Shown here: positions 18,688 through 28,498 of the stretch, one piece after another
Position numbering within the stretch: the stretch's first letter is position 1
Layout: each line of letters opens with the position of its first letter
NCBI GenBank assembly: GCA_949288035.1
Contig: CASEIJ010000048.1
Coordinates: 1-60,542 of the forward strand
Reading direction: 5' to 3'
Length of the DNA: 60,542 nucleotides
From: an uncultured Mycoplasmatota bacterium
GTDB lineage: Bacteria; Bacillota_I; Bacilli_A; RF39; UBA660
Made by a program: the position numbers and the translations under genes
The notes under the pieces: generated by a model
What the model was told of the DNA's origin: nothing
The model's input: the letters and a program-made list of their open reading frames with translations, nothing else
Databases searched by the model: none

Positions 18688-20685
18688 ATGAGAGAAAAGC
18701 AAAAGGCAAAAGAAAGAACAAAAATAAAAACAAGTTGGATGATTGGGATGATACTCTTACTTGTATTAAATATAGGAGCGACAGGATATTTCCTTTATTC
18801 TCTAACATTATTAGGGTCTATTGAAACATTTCTTCGCTATGTTGTAGGAATTGTATTAATTGGATTGATGATATTTTTCTTTTTCCATTTACGTAAAACG
18901 GCTCGTAGGAAAAAGAAAGTACGTTTTATCATAGATGTTATTTTATCGTTAATTTATAGTGTTATTTTAATCTTTGTTGGTGGAAATATTATTAAGACAA
19001 TTGGTAAGGTTGGAAATTTAACGGAACGTGAAACAACATATTCTGCTAGTATTGTAACGCTAAGTTCTAATAAAGCAACAAGTATTAATGATATTAGTAG
19101 TAGCAAAGAAATGGGAATGATTAAAGATAAAAAATCAGTAGATGGATATCAGATTCCAAAACAAATTATGGAAGATAAAAACTTAAAAAATAAAGTGAAG
19201 TATTATGACAATTACACTGATCTATTAGCTGATCTATATGATGAAGAAATTGAATATATTTTCTTGCCTTCTGGATATCAATCTATGTTTACATCGATTG
19301 ATGCATATAAAAATATTTCGGAAGATACGAAAGTAATTTATACACAAAAGAAATCCGTAAAACAAGAAGTAAGTGCTGGAAAGTCACTAAAAGAACCTTT
19401 TACAATTTTATTAATGGGAATTGATAGTGATACCAATGATTTATCACAGAGTAGCAGTTTTAATGGAGATTCTCTTATGTTGATTACATTTAATCCAACG
19501 ACATTAAATTCTACTATCTTAAGTATTCCTCGTGATACATATGTACCAATCGCATGCTTTAATGGAAAACGTAAAAATAAAATTACTCATGCAGCATGGC
19601 AGGGAGAACAATGTATGATGGATACAATTACTGGATTTACGGGAATTCCAATTGATTATTATGTAAAAATCAATTTTAAAGGTGCAGTGCAATTAGTGGA
19701 TGCACTAGGTGGTATTGATGCAGAAGTACCAATTGGTTTCTGTGAACAAAATAGTGATCGTGCATGGGGTGAAAATACGATTTGTGTCGATGCTGGATAT
19801 CAACATTTAAATGGAGAACAAGCATTAGCTTGGGCCAGACATCGTAAGAGTGCTGGATTTGATGACTTTGTTCGTGGTCAAAATCAACAATTAGTTGTAA
19901 AAGCCATGTTAAATAAATTAAAAGATGTAAGAGATTTAGATACAGTTTATAAAATACTAGATACAGTTGGTAATAATATGGCAACGAATATGACAACGAG
20001 TGAAATTCTATCTCTTTATAATATCGGTAAAGATGTATTAACAAGAACAAAAGATATGGCTGTAGAAGATGTACTTAGCATGCAACATTTATATATTAGT
20101 GGAGCAGATGCAAGTATTTATGATTACAGTACTATTAATGGTCAAGGAACAAGAATGAGACTTTATAATTTCGTTCCATATCAAGAAAGCTTAGATGCCG
20201 TGATTGAAGCTATGAAAATTAATCTTGGAATGATTAGTCCAAAAATGACAAAAACATTCTCATTTGATGCGAGTGTTCCATATGAAGAAAATATTATTGG
20301 TAAGATGTCAAAAGGATCAACCAATTTAACATTACTTCCAGATTTTACCGGAGATAGTGTCTCTTATGTACAAAGTTATGGAAGCAGTCATGGTATTCGT
20401 ATTATTGTAAACGGAAATGGTTCTAGAGTAGTTAGTCAATCTGTCCCATATGGAGCAGATATCGAATTTGTTAAAACATTAACCATTAATACAGGTTCAA
20501 CAACAACGAAAAAAGAAACTGAGGACGATGAGAAAACAACAACCAAACCAACACCGTCAACTGAGCCAAAACCATCAGTAGAACCAGAAGAACCTGAAGA
20601 ATCAACACCGCCTAAGGAACCAGAGTCTACTACTCCTCCAGATCATGAACCAGATTTACCAGAGGAAATAGTTCCAGAATCGTAA
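18688..20685 (+). CDS. LCP (LytR-CpsA-Psr) family cell-wall polymer ligase with extra N-terminal domain, PASTA-like repeat and P/E/T-rich tail
   Basis: TILLMGID, DSLMLITFNP, SIPRDTY, INF.G...LVDALGGI, LNGEQALAWARHR, RGQNQQ; three N-terminal TMs. Confidence 0.9.
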   Translation: MREKQKAKERTKIKTSWMIGMILLLVLNIGATGYFLYSLTLLGSIETFLRYVVGIVLIGLMIFFFFHLRKTARRKKKVRFIIDVILSLIYSVILIFVGGNIIKTIGKVGNLTERETTYSASIVTLSSNKATSINDISSSKEMGMIKDKKSVDGYQIPKQIMEDKNLKNKVKYYDNYTDLLADLYDEEIEYIFLPSGYQSMFTSIDAYKNISEDTKVIYTQKKSVKQEVSAGKSLKEPFTILLMGIDSDTNDLSQSSSFNGDSLMLITFNPTTLNSTILSIPRDTYVPIACFNGKRKNKITHAAWQGEQCMMDTITGFTGIPIDYYVKINFKGAVQLVDALGGIDAEVPIGFCEQNSDRAWGENTICVDAGYQHLNGEQALAWARHRKSAGFDDFVRGQNQQLVVKAMLNKLKDVRDLDTVYKILDTVGNNMATNMTTSEILSLYNIGKDVLTRTKDMAVEDVLSMQHLYISGADASIYDYSTINGQGTRMRLYNFVPYQESLDAVIEAMKINLGMISPKMTKTFSFDASVPYEENIIGKMSKGSTNLTLLPDFTGDSVSYVQSYGSSHGIRIIVNGNGSRVVSQSVPYGADIEFVKTLTINTGSTTTKKETEDDEKTTTKPTPSTEPKPSVEPEEPEESTPPKEPESTTPPDHEPDLPEEIVPES

Positions 20686-20774
20686 GATTAGTCAATTTTG
20701 ACTAATTTTTTTTGTGAGATTGAAATCAATGTAAAAATATGTTAAAATGGAATGTATGCAAAAGAGGGATGACT

Positions 20775-21545
20775 ATGAGTGTAGCAAGTGCTTTAGGAGC
20801 TACTTTTATTGTAGGAGTATTTATATTAATTGGATATTTTATTGTCATGACAACGAAAAATAATCATCGTGTGATGAATTTTTCGATTAGTATGGCATTT
20901 GGTGTTATGACATCATTGGTATTATTGGAATTATTGCCGGAGAGTTTTGAGCATCTAAGTGATGGACAAAACGAAATGATTACGATTTGTTATTTAATCT
21001 TTTTTATTGCCGTTGGTATTTGTGTATTAAAATTTTTAGATTTTTTTATTCCAGATCATCATGCTGATGAGAAAAAAGAAATCGATGAAGAAAATTTAAC
21101 ACATATTGGAATTGTATCTAGTATTGCCCTTATTGTTCATAATATGATTGAAGGGATGGCTATTTATACCAGTGTATTAAGTTCTTTAGAATTAGGGGTT
21201 TTAATGTGTATTGGAGTAGGACTTCATAATATACCTATGGGAATGGTATTAACTTCTACTTTTTATACCTCTGATAAGAAGTGGAAGACAACTTTATTTA
21301 TGATTTTATTAACGTCTATTTCTACGTTTATTGGAGGACTTTTGATGTTCTTTATGAGTAGTATTATGAATGAATTTGTACTAGGTATATTACTAGCAAT
21401 TACAACTGGAATGGTTTCTTATATTGTTATTTTTGAATTATTTCCTCATTTAGTAGAACATAAAAAAGAGAAGGGAACAATCTTTGGTGTATTAGTGGGT
21501 GTGATTATATTAATGATTAGTGTGATGTTAGGCCATCATCATTGA
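20775..21545 (+). CDS. ZIP family metal transporter (ZupT-like)
   Basis: ELLPES, His loop PDHHADE, HNMIEG and HNIPMG motifs, multiple TMs. Confidence 0.88.
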   Translation: MSVASALGATFIVGVFILIGYFIVMTTKNNHRVMNFSISMAFGVMTSLVLLELLPESFEHLSDGQNEMITICYLIFFIAVGICVLKFLDFFIPDHHADEKKEIDEENLTHIGIVSSIALIVHNMIEGMAIYTSVLSSLELGVLMCIGVGLHNIPMGMVLTSTFYTSDKKWKTTLFMILLTSISTFIGGLLMFFMSSIMNEFVLGILLAITTGMVSYIVIFELFPHLVEHKKEKGTIFGVLVGVIILMISVMLGHHH

Positions 21546-21576
21546 CAAAAGAGAAAAAAAGATATATGATGTTAAT

Positions 21577-21782
21577 ATCAAAAGCAATGATTAGGACATG
21601 ATATTTTAAATTTCTTTTTAAAAGAGAGCAGGGTATGGTGAGAACCTGTAAAAGAGTTAAAATATTACTACCTATGAGCTGAACTCGAAAGAGAATTCCG
21701 GTCTATGCCGTTATCTAATTAAGTACAAATAAGGATGGTACCGCGTATACACGCTCCTGGTTTTCAGGTGGCGTTTTTTTAT
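21577..21782 (+). ncRNA. T-box leader of thrS
   Basis: Promoter TTGACA(21542)-17-TATGAT; AGAGA and GGTGA motifs; ACU specifier at 21667-69; T-box AAGGATGGTACCGCG (21731-45); terminator acgctcctg...caggtggcgt-T run. Confidence 0.9.
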
Positions 21783-21800
21783 TAGAAAGAAGGAGAAATT

Positions 21801-23537
21801 ATGAATAATATTAAGTCAGATGAAAAGTTAAGTGTTTTAAATCACTCGTGTGCTCATTTACTTGCACATGCAGTAAAAAGATTATATCCCAATGCGAAAT
21901 TTTGGGTAGGACCTGTCATTGATGAGGGATTTTACTATGATATGGATCTTGGGGATAAAAAATTATCAGAGGATGATTTAGATCAAATTGCAAAAGAAAT
22001 GAAAAAAATTGCGAAAAGTGATAAGAGAATTACACGTGTAGAACTTTCTAAAGAAGAAGCTTTAGAGATGTTCCATGATGATCCATATAAGATTGATTTA
22101 ATCGAAAATATGCCTGATGGAGAAGTAATCAGTGCCTATAAACAAGATGATTTTATCGATTTATGTAGAGGACCACATGTCGAATCTACGAAAAAATGTA
22201 AGAACTTTAAATTATTAAAAGTAAGTGGTGCTTACTATAAAGGAGATTCTAAAAATAAGATGTTACAACGTGTTTATGGAGTATGTTTTGAAACTCCAGA
22301 ACAATTGGAAGAACATTTAGAATTCTTAGAAGAAGCTAAGAAGAGAGATCATAAGAAAATCGGAAAAGAATTAGGACTTTTTATGTTTAGTGAATATGGT
22401 CCAGGATTTCCTTTCTGGTTACCAAATGGTATGACTTTAAGAAAAACGTTAGAGGATTTCTGGTATGAAGAACATAAAAAAGAAGGATATTTATTTATTA
22501 AAACACCAATTATGTTAAATCGTGATTTATGGGAAATTTCAGGACACTGGGCAAACTATCAAGATAATATGTATACATCTAAGATTGATGAGAAAGAATT
22601 CGCTATTAAACCAATGAATTGTCCAGGAGGATTACTTGTTTACAAGAATGGATTACATTCTTATCGTGATTTTCCACTTCGTTTAGGAGAATTAGGGCAA
22701 GTTCATAGACATGAAGCAAGTGGTGCTTTAAATGGTCTTTTCCGTGTTCGTACGTTTACACAGGATGATGCACATATCTTTTTAACAGAAGATCAATTAG
22801 AGGATGAAATTATCCGTTTAATTGCTTTTATTGATCGTATTTATCGTATCTTTGGATTATCTTATGAGATTGAATTATCAACTCGTCCTGAAGAGAAATA
22901 TATTGGTTCAATTGAGGTATGGAATAAAGCAGAAGAAGCACTTGCCAAAGCTTGTGAACACGCTGGAAAAACATGTAAAGTAAATCCTGGAGATGGAGCT
23001 TTCTATGGACCAAAATTAGATTTCCATGTGAAAGATTCTCTAGGTCGTGTATGGCAATGTGGAACAATTCAATTAGATATGAATTTACCAGAACGTTTTG
23101 ATATTACTTATGTCGATAAAGATGGAAGTAAGAAACGTCCAATCATGTTACACCGTGTTATCTTTGGCTCTATTGAAAGATTTATTGGAATTATTACAGA
23201 ACATTTTGCAGGACATTTTCCAACTTGGTTAGCTCCTGTACAAGTAAATATTATTCCAGTGAATAGTGAATATCACTTAGAATATGCCGAAAAAGTAAAA
23301 GAAGCATTAGAACAAATTGGAGTACGTGTTGAAATTGATAGTCGTGATGAAAAGTTAGGCTATCGTATGAGAGAATCACAACTTCGTAAGATTCCATATA
23401 ACTTAGTATTAGGGGATCAAGAAAAAGAAACAGAGACAGTCAACGTTCGTAAATTTGGTCAAAAAGAAGAACAAAAAATAAAATTAGAAGCATTTATTCA
23501 AAATATCAAAGAAGAAATTGACGAGAAAAGGAGATAA
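21801..23537 (+). CDS. thrS: Threonine--tRNA ligase (no N-terminal TGS domain)
   Basis: HSCAHLLAHA, DLCRGPH, KRDHKKIG, KPMNCPG, RVRTFTQDDAH, GAFYGPK, QCGTIQLD. Confidence 0.98.
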   Translation: MNNIKSDEKLSVLNHSCAHLLAHAVKRLYPNAKFWVGPVIDEGFYYDMDLGDKKLSEDDLDQIAKEMKKIAKSDKRITRVELSKEEALEMFHDDPYKIDLIENMPDGEVISAYKQDDFIDLCRGPHVESTKKCKNFKLLKVSGAYYKGDSKNKMLQRVYGVCFETPEQLEEHLEFLEEAKKRDHKKIGKELGLFMFSEYGPGFPFWLPNGMTLRKTLEDFWYEEHKKEGYLFIKTPIMLNRDLWEISGHWANYQDNMYTSKIDEKEFAIKPMNCPGGLLVYKNGLHSYRDFPLRLGELGQVHRHEASGALNGLFRVRTFTQDDAHIFLTEDQLEDEIIRLIAFIDRIYRIFGLSYEIELSTRPEEKYIGSIEVWNKAEEALAKACEHAGKTCKVNPGDGAFYGPKLDFHVKDSLGRVWQCGTIQLDMNLPERFDITYVDKDGSKKRPIMLHRVIFGSIERFIGIITEHFAGHFPTWLAPVQVNIIPVNSEYHLEYAEKVKEALEQIGVRVEIDSRDEKLGYRMRESQLRKIPYNLVLGDQEKETETVNVRKFGQKEEQKIKLEAFIQNIKEEIDEKRR

Positions 23538-23567
23538 TTCTCCTTTTTTTACATATATTGAATTAAG

Positions 23568-23960
23568 GTGATGCTTGTGACAAAAGTAGATGCATTTAAA
23601 ACATTTGTAAGAAAGAATCCTAGTTTAATTAAATATGTTCGTACAGGAGAGATGGATTGGCAGAAGTTTTATGAGATTTATGATTTATATGGAGAAGATG
23701 AAAGTGCATGGAATTCTTATATAAAAAAAGAAACAACGGTTTCATCTAATCCCCCGTCAGCAGAATCTAAGAATATAACAGAAGGATTATTAGGAATGTC
23801 TTCGTTATTAAAGGGGATTGATTTAAATACGGTTCAAAATGGAGTTTCTAGTTTACAACGTGTTGTTGGACTATTACAAGAACTGGGAAGTAAAGCACCA
23901 AAAGAAGAAGTAAAACCAGCTTATAAACCACGGCCAATTTATAAGCACTTTGAGGATTAA
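23568..23960 (+). CDS. ylbD: YlbD-family spore coat protein
   Basis: FKTFVRKNPSLI..VRTGEMDWQKFYEIYDLYGEDESAW. Confidence 0.8.
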   Translation: MMLVTKVDAFKTFVRKNPSLIKYVRTGEMDWQKFYEIYDLYGEDESAWNSYIKKETTVSSNPPSAESKNITEGLLGMSSLLKGIDLNTVQNGVSSLQRVVGLLQELGSKAPKEEVKPAYKPRPIYKHFED

Positions 23961-23961
23961 T

Positions 23962-24186
23962 ATGTCATTAGAAACACAATTTACCCTGAAGAGTCATGAA
24001 CAATATATTACATATTTAAGAAGTCATTCTTATTGGTATAAAGAATTGAATCGTAATCCTGAAAAACTAAGAGATTTTATCGAAGAAGTACGTGTTTTTT
24101 ATAAGCTAAGAACGAGTGATCGTATCGAAAAAGCAATTGAAACCGTTGAATTTTTAGAATCTATTTTATCTACAATGCAACCGTAG
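23962..24186 (+). CDS. ylbE: YlbE-like protein
   Basis: YLRSHSYWYKELNRNPE; follows ylbD as in Bacillus. Confidence 0.75.
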   Translation: MSLETQFTLKSHEQYITYLRSHSYWYKELNRNPEKLRDFIEEVRVFYKLRTSDRIEKAIETVEFLESILSTMQP

Positions 24187-24239
24187 CATTTGCACCCCCT
24201 GACCAAAAAGTGTTATAATAACAACGGAATTGAGATGAT

Positions 24240-24788
24240 ATGATGAGAGTCATTAGTGGAAAATATAAAGGAAGATTTTTAGATGGTCATAAAATTGCTG
24301 GTACAAGACCAACCATGGATCGAGTCAAAGAATCTATGTTTGCTATGTTACAAAATGATATTCCTGGATCTTGTTGTCTAGATTTATTCAGTGGTTCTGG
24401 TAATTTAGGGATTGAAGCAATTAGTAATGGTGCGAAAAAAGTATATTTTGTAGATTTTAATCAAATCTGTATCCAAACAATTGAAAAAAATTTACGCACT
24501 TTACAAATTACAGAAGAAGCAGTTGTTTTAAAAAAAGACTATTTAGAAGCACTCCGTTATTTTAAAGAACGTAATATAGAGTTTCAAGTCATATTTTTAG
24601 ATCCACCTTATAAATATCACTTTATGACACAAATTTTAGAAGAGTTAGATACATATCATTTATTAAAACCAGGTGTTAAAGTAGTCTGTGAAACAGATAA
24701 TGAAGAAAAAATTGAAACTTCATTAAAACTATTAAAAGAAAAAAGATATGGTTCTAAATGGTTACATATATATGAAAAAGAAAATTAA
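24240..24788 (+). CDS. rsmD: 16S rRNA m2G966 methyltransferase RsmD
   Basis: MRVISGKYKG, TRPTMDRVKES, LDLFSGSGNLGIEA, FLDPPY. Confidence 0.95.
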   Translation: MMRVISGKYKGRFLDGHKIAGTRPTMDRVKESMFAMLQNDIPGSCCLDLFSGSGNLGIEAISNGAKKVYFVDFNQICIQTIEKNLRTLQITEEAVVLKKDYLEALRYFKERNIEFQVIFLDPPYKYHFMTQILEELDTYHLLKPGVKVVCETDNEEKIETSLKLLKEKRYGSKWLHIYEKEN

Positions 24789-24858
24789 TTCTTTTTCATT
24801 TTTTTTGCAGGAATTTATCATCCTAACCTAGTAAATAAAAAGTAGGAGAGGATGAAGT

Positions 24859-26937
24859 ATGAGAAAATTTCCATGTTATATACAAGAAGAAAAAAATGAT
24901 TGTGGCCCTGCTTGTGTAAAAAGTATTTTACGATATTATCAAGGTGACTATGATTATAAGAAATTAAAAGAAGAACTTCACTTAACAAAGCAAGGAATAA
25001 GTGCTTATCATATCATCACTTTTTTGAACGATCATGGTTTTTACGCAGAAGGGAAACGTTATGATTGGAAACATTGGGTAGAAGGTAAATTTATTTTACC
25101 AAGTATTGCTGTTATGAAAAATGAAGCTTTAGAAAATCACTATGTCATTGTTTATCGTATTATACCTAGAACGGAAAAAATATGGATTGGAGATCCAAAA
25201 GAAGGAATTCGCGTCCTATCTTGGAAACAATTTCAAAGTCAATTTACGGGAATTATGATTCATATGATTCCGACAGGGGTGATCACCTGTGAGAAAAATA
25301 AAACAATTGACTATATATTAACCTCATTTATAAAACAAAATAAAAAAACAATATCTTTGGGATTTGTTTTAATGATTGTATTTTTATGTTTACAACTCAC
25401 ACTCTCATTTACTGCCAAATATTTTATGAATGGTATTACTTTACAAAAAGAAAAAAGTTATTTTTACCTGGTGTTTTTTATCTTTTTCTTTCTTTATCTA
25501 TTTCGGAATTGTTATGCTTATTATACTCAAAAGTATTTATTTTCTCTGCAATTGAAACTTCAAACTCTCCTAGATGTTTATTTGTATCATTCTATTTTAA
25601 GTGATCATAGAGAAAGCAGACATCAAAGTCAACCTTCCTTCTTTACTGAAAAAAGAGAAGAGTTGTATGTATGGATTACCTCATTATTTCAATGCATACA
25701 ATTTCTTTTCTTTGACTTTCTGCTTGCTTTTTTCTTATTTTCTTGTTTATGTTTGATACAAATGCAAACTTCTATTTTCTTATTCCCATTTTTCTTATTT
25801 ACAGTTTGTTATTATCTATGGATGGCAAAAAAGTTACAACGTATGGAAAAAATATGTCGTCAGGAAATGAATACAAATCATACTTTTTTTCTGGAGAGTA
25901 TGGAAAATTGTTCTTTTATTTCAACTGCCCATCTAGAATCTAATTTCATGCATAAGTATCAAAAAAAACTATTTTGTTTTAATGAGTCCATGTACCATTA
26001 TTTTCACAAACATAAACGAATGGAATTGGTATACCAACTGATATTTACAACGTTTCATTTATATTTATTCTTATATTTTAGTTTGATGACAAGTACTGGA
26101 AAAATGACGATGGGAAATTTCATTTTGTTTATTACCGTATGGCAATCTATTGTTCCAATATTACAAAATACATCACAAATGAGTGATGTTAGTATGAAAG
26201 TGAAATATTACTATGATAGAATACGTCCATATTTTATGAGGGAAGAAACCTCTCCTTTGTTTTTAGAATTTTCTTTCCAACAACTTTCCTGTCAAAATTT
26301 CACATATGATTATTATAATGATCAGTATATATTTCAAAATGTCTTTTTAAACATATATCAAGGAGAGAAAATTTTATTAACCGGAGATAGTGGAAGTGGA
26401 AAAAGTACTTTCTTAAAATGTATGAGTGGACGATTAGAAATTATGCGTCATCAAATATTTATAAATCAGTTAGATTTATGTGATTATCAAAAAGAACAGT
26501 TACAATCCAGAATTGTTTTATTAACTCAGGAAGAGAGTTTATTTCAGGGAACGTTATTTGAAAATATTACATTGGGACGTACGATAAAAAAAGAAACATT
26601 GGTGAAGATACTGAAGTGTACATGTGTGGATCGGCTGATAAAAAAACATCCGCTCGGCTTACAACAGATGATAACAAACCATGGTTATAATTTATCAGGA
26701 GGAGAAAGACAACGGATTGTTCTAGCACGACTCTTATTACAACCATTTGAGGTATTATTAATCGATGAAGGTTTTAGTGAAATGGATGTCTTATTAGAAC
26801 GACAGATTATGAAGAATTTATTTTATACTTTTTTTCAAAAGACGATTATTATTGTTTCTCATCGTCTTAATAATCGCGATTTATTTGGTCGTCATCTTAT
26901 TTTGAGAGAACAAAAAATTGTGGAGGAAAAAGAATGA
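24859..26937 (+). CDS. Peptidase-containing ABC transporter (C39 + TMD + NBD) for double-glycine peptides
   Basis: QEEKNDCGPAC (catalytic Cys), NHYVIV (His), IGDP (Asp); GDSGSGKS, LSGGERQR, LLIDE, IVSHR. Confidence 0.92.
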   Translation: MRKFPCYIQEEKNDCGPACVKSILRYYQGDYDYKKLKEELHLTKQGISAYHIITFLNDHGFYAEGKRYDWKHWVEGKFILPSIAVMKNEALENHYVIVYRIIPRTEKIWIGDPKEGIRVLSWKQFQSQFTGIMIHMIPTGVITCEKNKTIDYILTSFIKQNKKTISLGFVLMIVFLCLQLTLSFTAKYFMNGITLQKEKSYFYLVFFIFFFLYLFRNCYAYYTQKYLFSLQLKLQTLLDVYLYHSILSDHRESRHQSQPSFFTEKREELYVWITSLFQCIQFLFFDFLLAFFLFSCLCLIQMQTSIFLFPFFLFTVCYYLWMAKKLQRMEKICRQEMNTNHTFFLESMENCSFISTAHLESNFMHKYQKKLFCFNESMYHYFHKHKRMELVYQLIFTTFHLYLFLYFSLMTSTGKMTMGNFILFITVWQSIVPILQNTSQMSDVSMKVKYYYDRIRPYFMREETSPLFLEFSFQQLSCQNFTYDYYNDQYIFQNVFLNIYQGEKILLTGDSGSGKSTFLKCMSGRLEIMRHQIFINQLDLCDYQKEQLQSRIVLLTQEESLFQGTLFENITLGRTIKKETLVKILKCTCVDRLIKKHPLGLQQMITNHGYNLSGGERQRIVLARLLLQPFEVLLIDEGFSEMDVLLERQIMKNLFYTFFQKTIIIVSHRLNNRDLFGRHLILREQKIVEEKE

Positions 26938-27347
26938 GAAGCGTATGGACAATCGAACAAACACTGAATAGAAATGCCAATATATTATTAATAATAACAA
27001 GTATTTTTTTACTCGTATTTAGTGTTTTATTTCTCTTGTTACCAACAACAAAAAAGAGAATGGTCTATGGAATTATGAGTGAGAAAAACCATTTACAAAC
27101 TTATCTTACAAAAGAGGAATTAAATACCATTCAAACATGGAATTGTGGTCACACATTATGTCAAGTTACCTATATCTCTTCAGAAGAACTTGAAAGAGAA
27201 GATGGGCAAAGTATGTATCTTGTTACACTGAAAGTGAGTTTAGAAAAAGAAAAAAATAAGAAAGGTAATTATATATTGTATGAAATGACAAAGAAACAAT
27301 CAAAATATCAACAATTACAAGATTGGATAAGGAGTGTGATATCATGA
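26934..27347 (+). CDS. Small membrane-anchored accessory protein (short HlyD/MFP-like or immunity)
   Basis: One N-terminal TM then a beta-rich domain; translationally coupled (ATGA overlaps) to the exporter and the first peptide. Confidence 0.5.
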   Translation: MRSVWTIEQTLNRNANILLIITSIFLLVFSVLFLLLPTTKKRMVYGIMSEKNHLQTYLTKEELNTIQTWNCGHTLCQVTYISSEELEREDGQSMYLVTLKVSLEKEKNKKGNYILYEMTKKQSKYQQLQDWIRSVIS

Positions 27348-27484
27348 GAAAATTAGAAACAGAAGAATTAAAACAAGTATATGGAGGAGAAATCAATATT
27401 GGAATTATATTAGGAATTGGTAGTATGGTATCCTTTGTAATCGGTGTAATAGATGGCTTTGTCCATCCTAAAATATGTGAATGA
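27344..27484 (+). CDS. Double-glycine leader peptide A (46 aa)
   Basis: Hand translation MRKLETEELKQVYGG|EINIGIILGIGSMVSFVIGVIDGFVHPKICE; AGGAG RBS; absent from ORF track. Confidence 0.85.
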   Translation: MRKLETEELKQVYGGEINIGIILGIGSMVSFVIGVIDGFVHPKICE

Positions 27485-27645
27485 AACTATCAAAAGAAGA
27501 ATTAAAAAGTATATATGGAGGAGATATCAGTGGTTCTATGTTATCTTCTATGGTAAGAGGAATTACAATTCTATTAGAATTAGGGCGTAGTCTTGGTTCG
27601 TCACTTCGTAGGGTAATGGATGGAAATATGTGCTCTTATAAGTAA
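27481..27645 (+). CDS. Double-glycine leader peptide B (54 aa)
   Basis: Hand translation MKLSKEELKSIYGG|DISGSMLSSMVRGITILLELGRSLGSSLRRVMDGNMCSYK; ATGA overlap with peptide A. Confidence 0.85.
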   Translation: MKLSKEELKSIYGGDISGSMLSSMVRGITILLELGRSLGSSLRRVMDGNMCSYK

Positions 27646-27745
27646 TGTGATTATTTGACAAATTTCTTATATTTCTTATCTTTTTGTTGAAAATAGGGGA
27701 TAAACATGGTATAATAGCTCTAGCAAAAGAAGGGAGGGAAATGTC

Positions 27746-27949
27746 ATGGAAAGAGTAGTTGTGAGAAAAGATGGACTTGATAGTGCTTTAAGAATGATGA
27801 AACAAAGAGGCATTAAAAACGGCTCCCTTAAAAAAGTGCGTGAACGTCAGGAAGGATATTTAAAACCTGGAGTAAAAAGAAGAATTCGTAAAGAAGAGGC
27901 TAGAAAGAATAGTCGTAAAAAGGAACGTAGGGAAAGAAGTTACAACTAA
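27746..27949 (+). CDS. rpsU: 30S ribosomal protein S21
   Basis: VVVRKDGLDSALR...YLKPGVKRR..KEEARK; precedes yqeY. Confidence 0.85.
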   Translation: MERVVVRKDGLDSALRMMKQRGIKNGSLKKVRERQEGYLKPGVKRRIRKEEARKNSRKKERRERSYN

Positions 27950-27990
27950 TGAGAAGCCGCAAGGCTTCTTTTGTGAATGGAGGGATATGT

Positions 27991-28437
27991 GTGAAAGATC
28001 GTATTTTAAAAGATATTGTAACAGCAATGAAAGAAAAAGATAAAGAAAAATTAACAGTACTTCGTATGGTGAAAGGTGCTATGCAACTAGAAGAAATCAA
28101 TCAAAAGAAAGAATTAACAGATGAAGATGTGATAGGTATTCTAGCAAAACAAATTAAAACAAGAAAAGAATCAATTGCAGAATTTGAAAAAGGAAACCGA
28201 AAAGATTTAATTGATCAGACAAATGCAGAAATAAAAATTATAGAAGAATATATGCCAGAACAATTAAGTGAGGAAGAAGTAGATGAAATCATCGACCAAG
28301 CATTTGCTACTGTGAATCCAGAAAGTATGAAAGACATGGGGCGTATTATGAAAGAGGTTACACCAAAATTAAAAGGCAAAGCAGATATGAGTACTGTTAG
28401 TACGAAAATTAGAAATAAATTGTCAGAAATATTATAA
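27991..28437 (+). CDS. yqeY: GatB/YqeY domain protein
   Basis: AMKEKDKEKLTVLRMVK, KTRKESIAEFEKGNRKDL, YMPEQLSEEE, KDMGRIM; GTG start behind GGAGGG. Confidence 0.93.
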   Translation: MKDRILKDIVTAMKEKDKEKLTVLRMVKGAMQLEEINQKKELTDEDVIGILAKQIKTRKESIAEFEKGNRKDLIDQTNAEIKIIEEYMPEQLSEEEVDEIIDQAFATVNPESMKDMGRIMKEVTPKLKGKADMSTVSTKIRNKLSEIL

Positions 28438-28498
28438 AAAGAAATGGTCATATTTCTTTTTTTTTTGCATATTTTTAATGCAGCGAAAGGAGAAATCT

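Noticed and set aside
20520-20685. P/E/T-rich low-complexity repeat in the LCP tail
   Set aside because: Common disordered linker of cell-wall proteins, with no exact tandem DNA unit.
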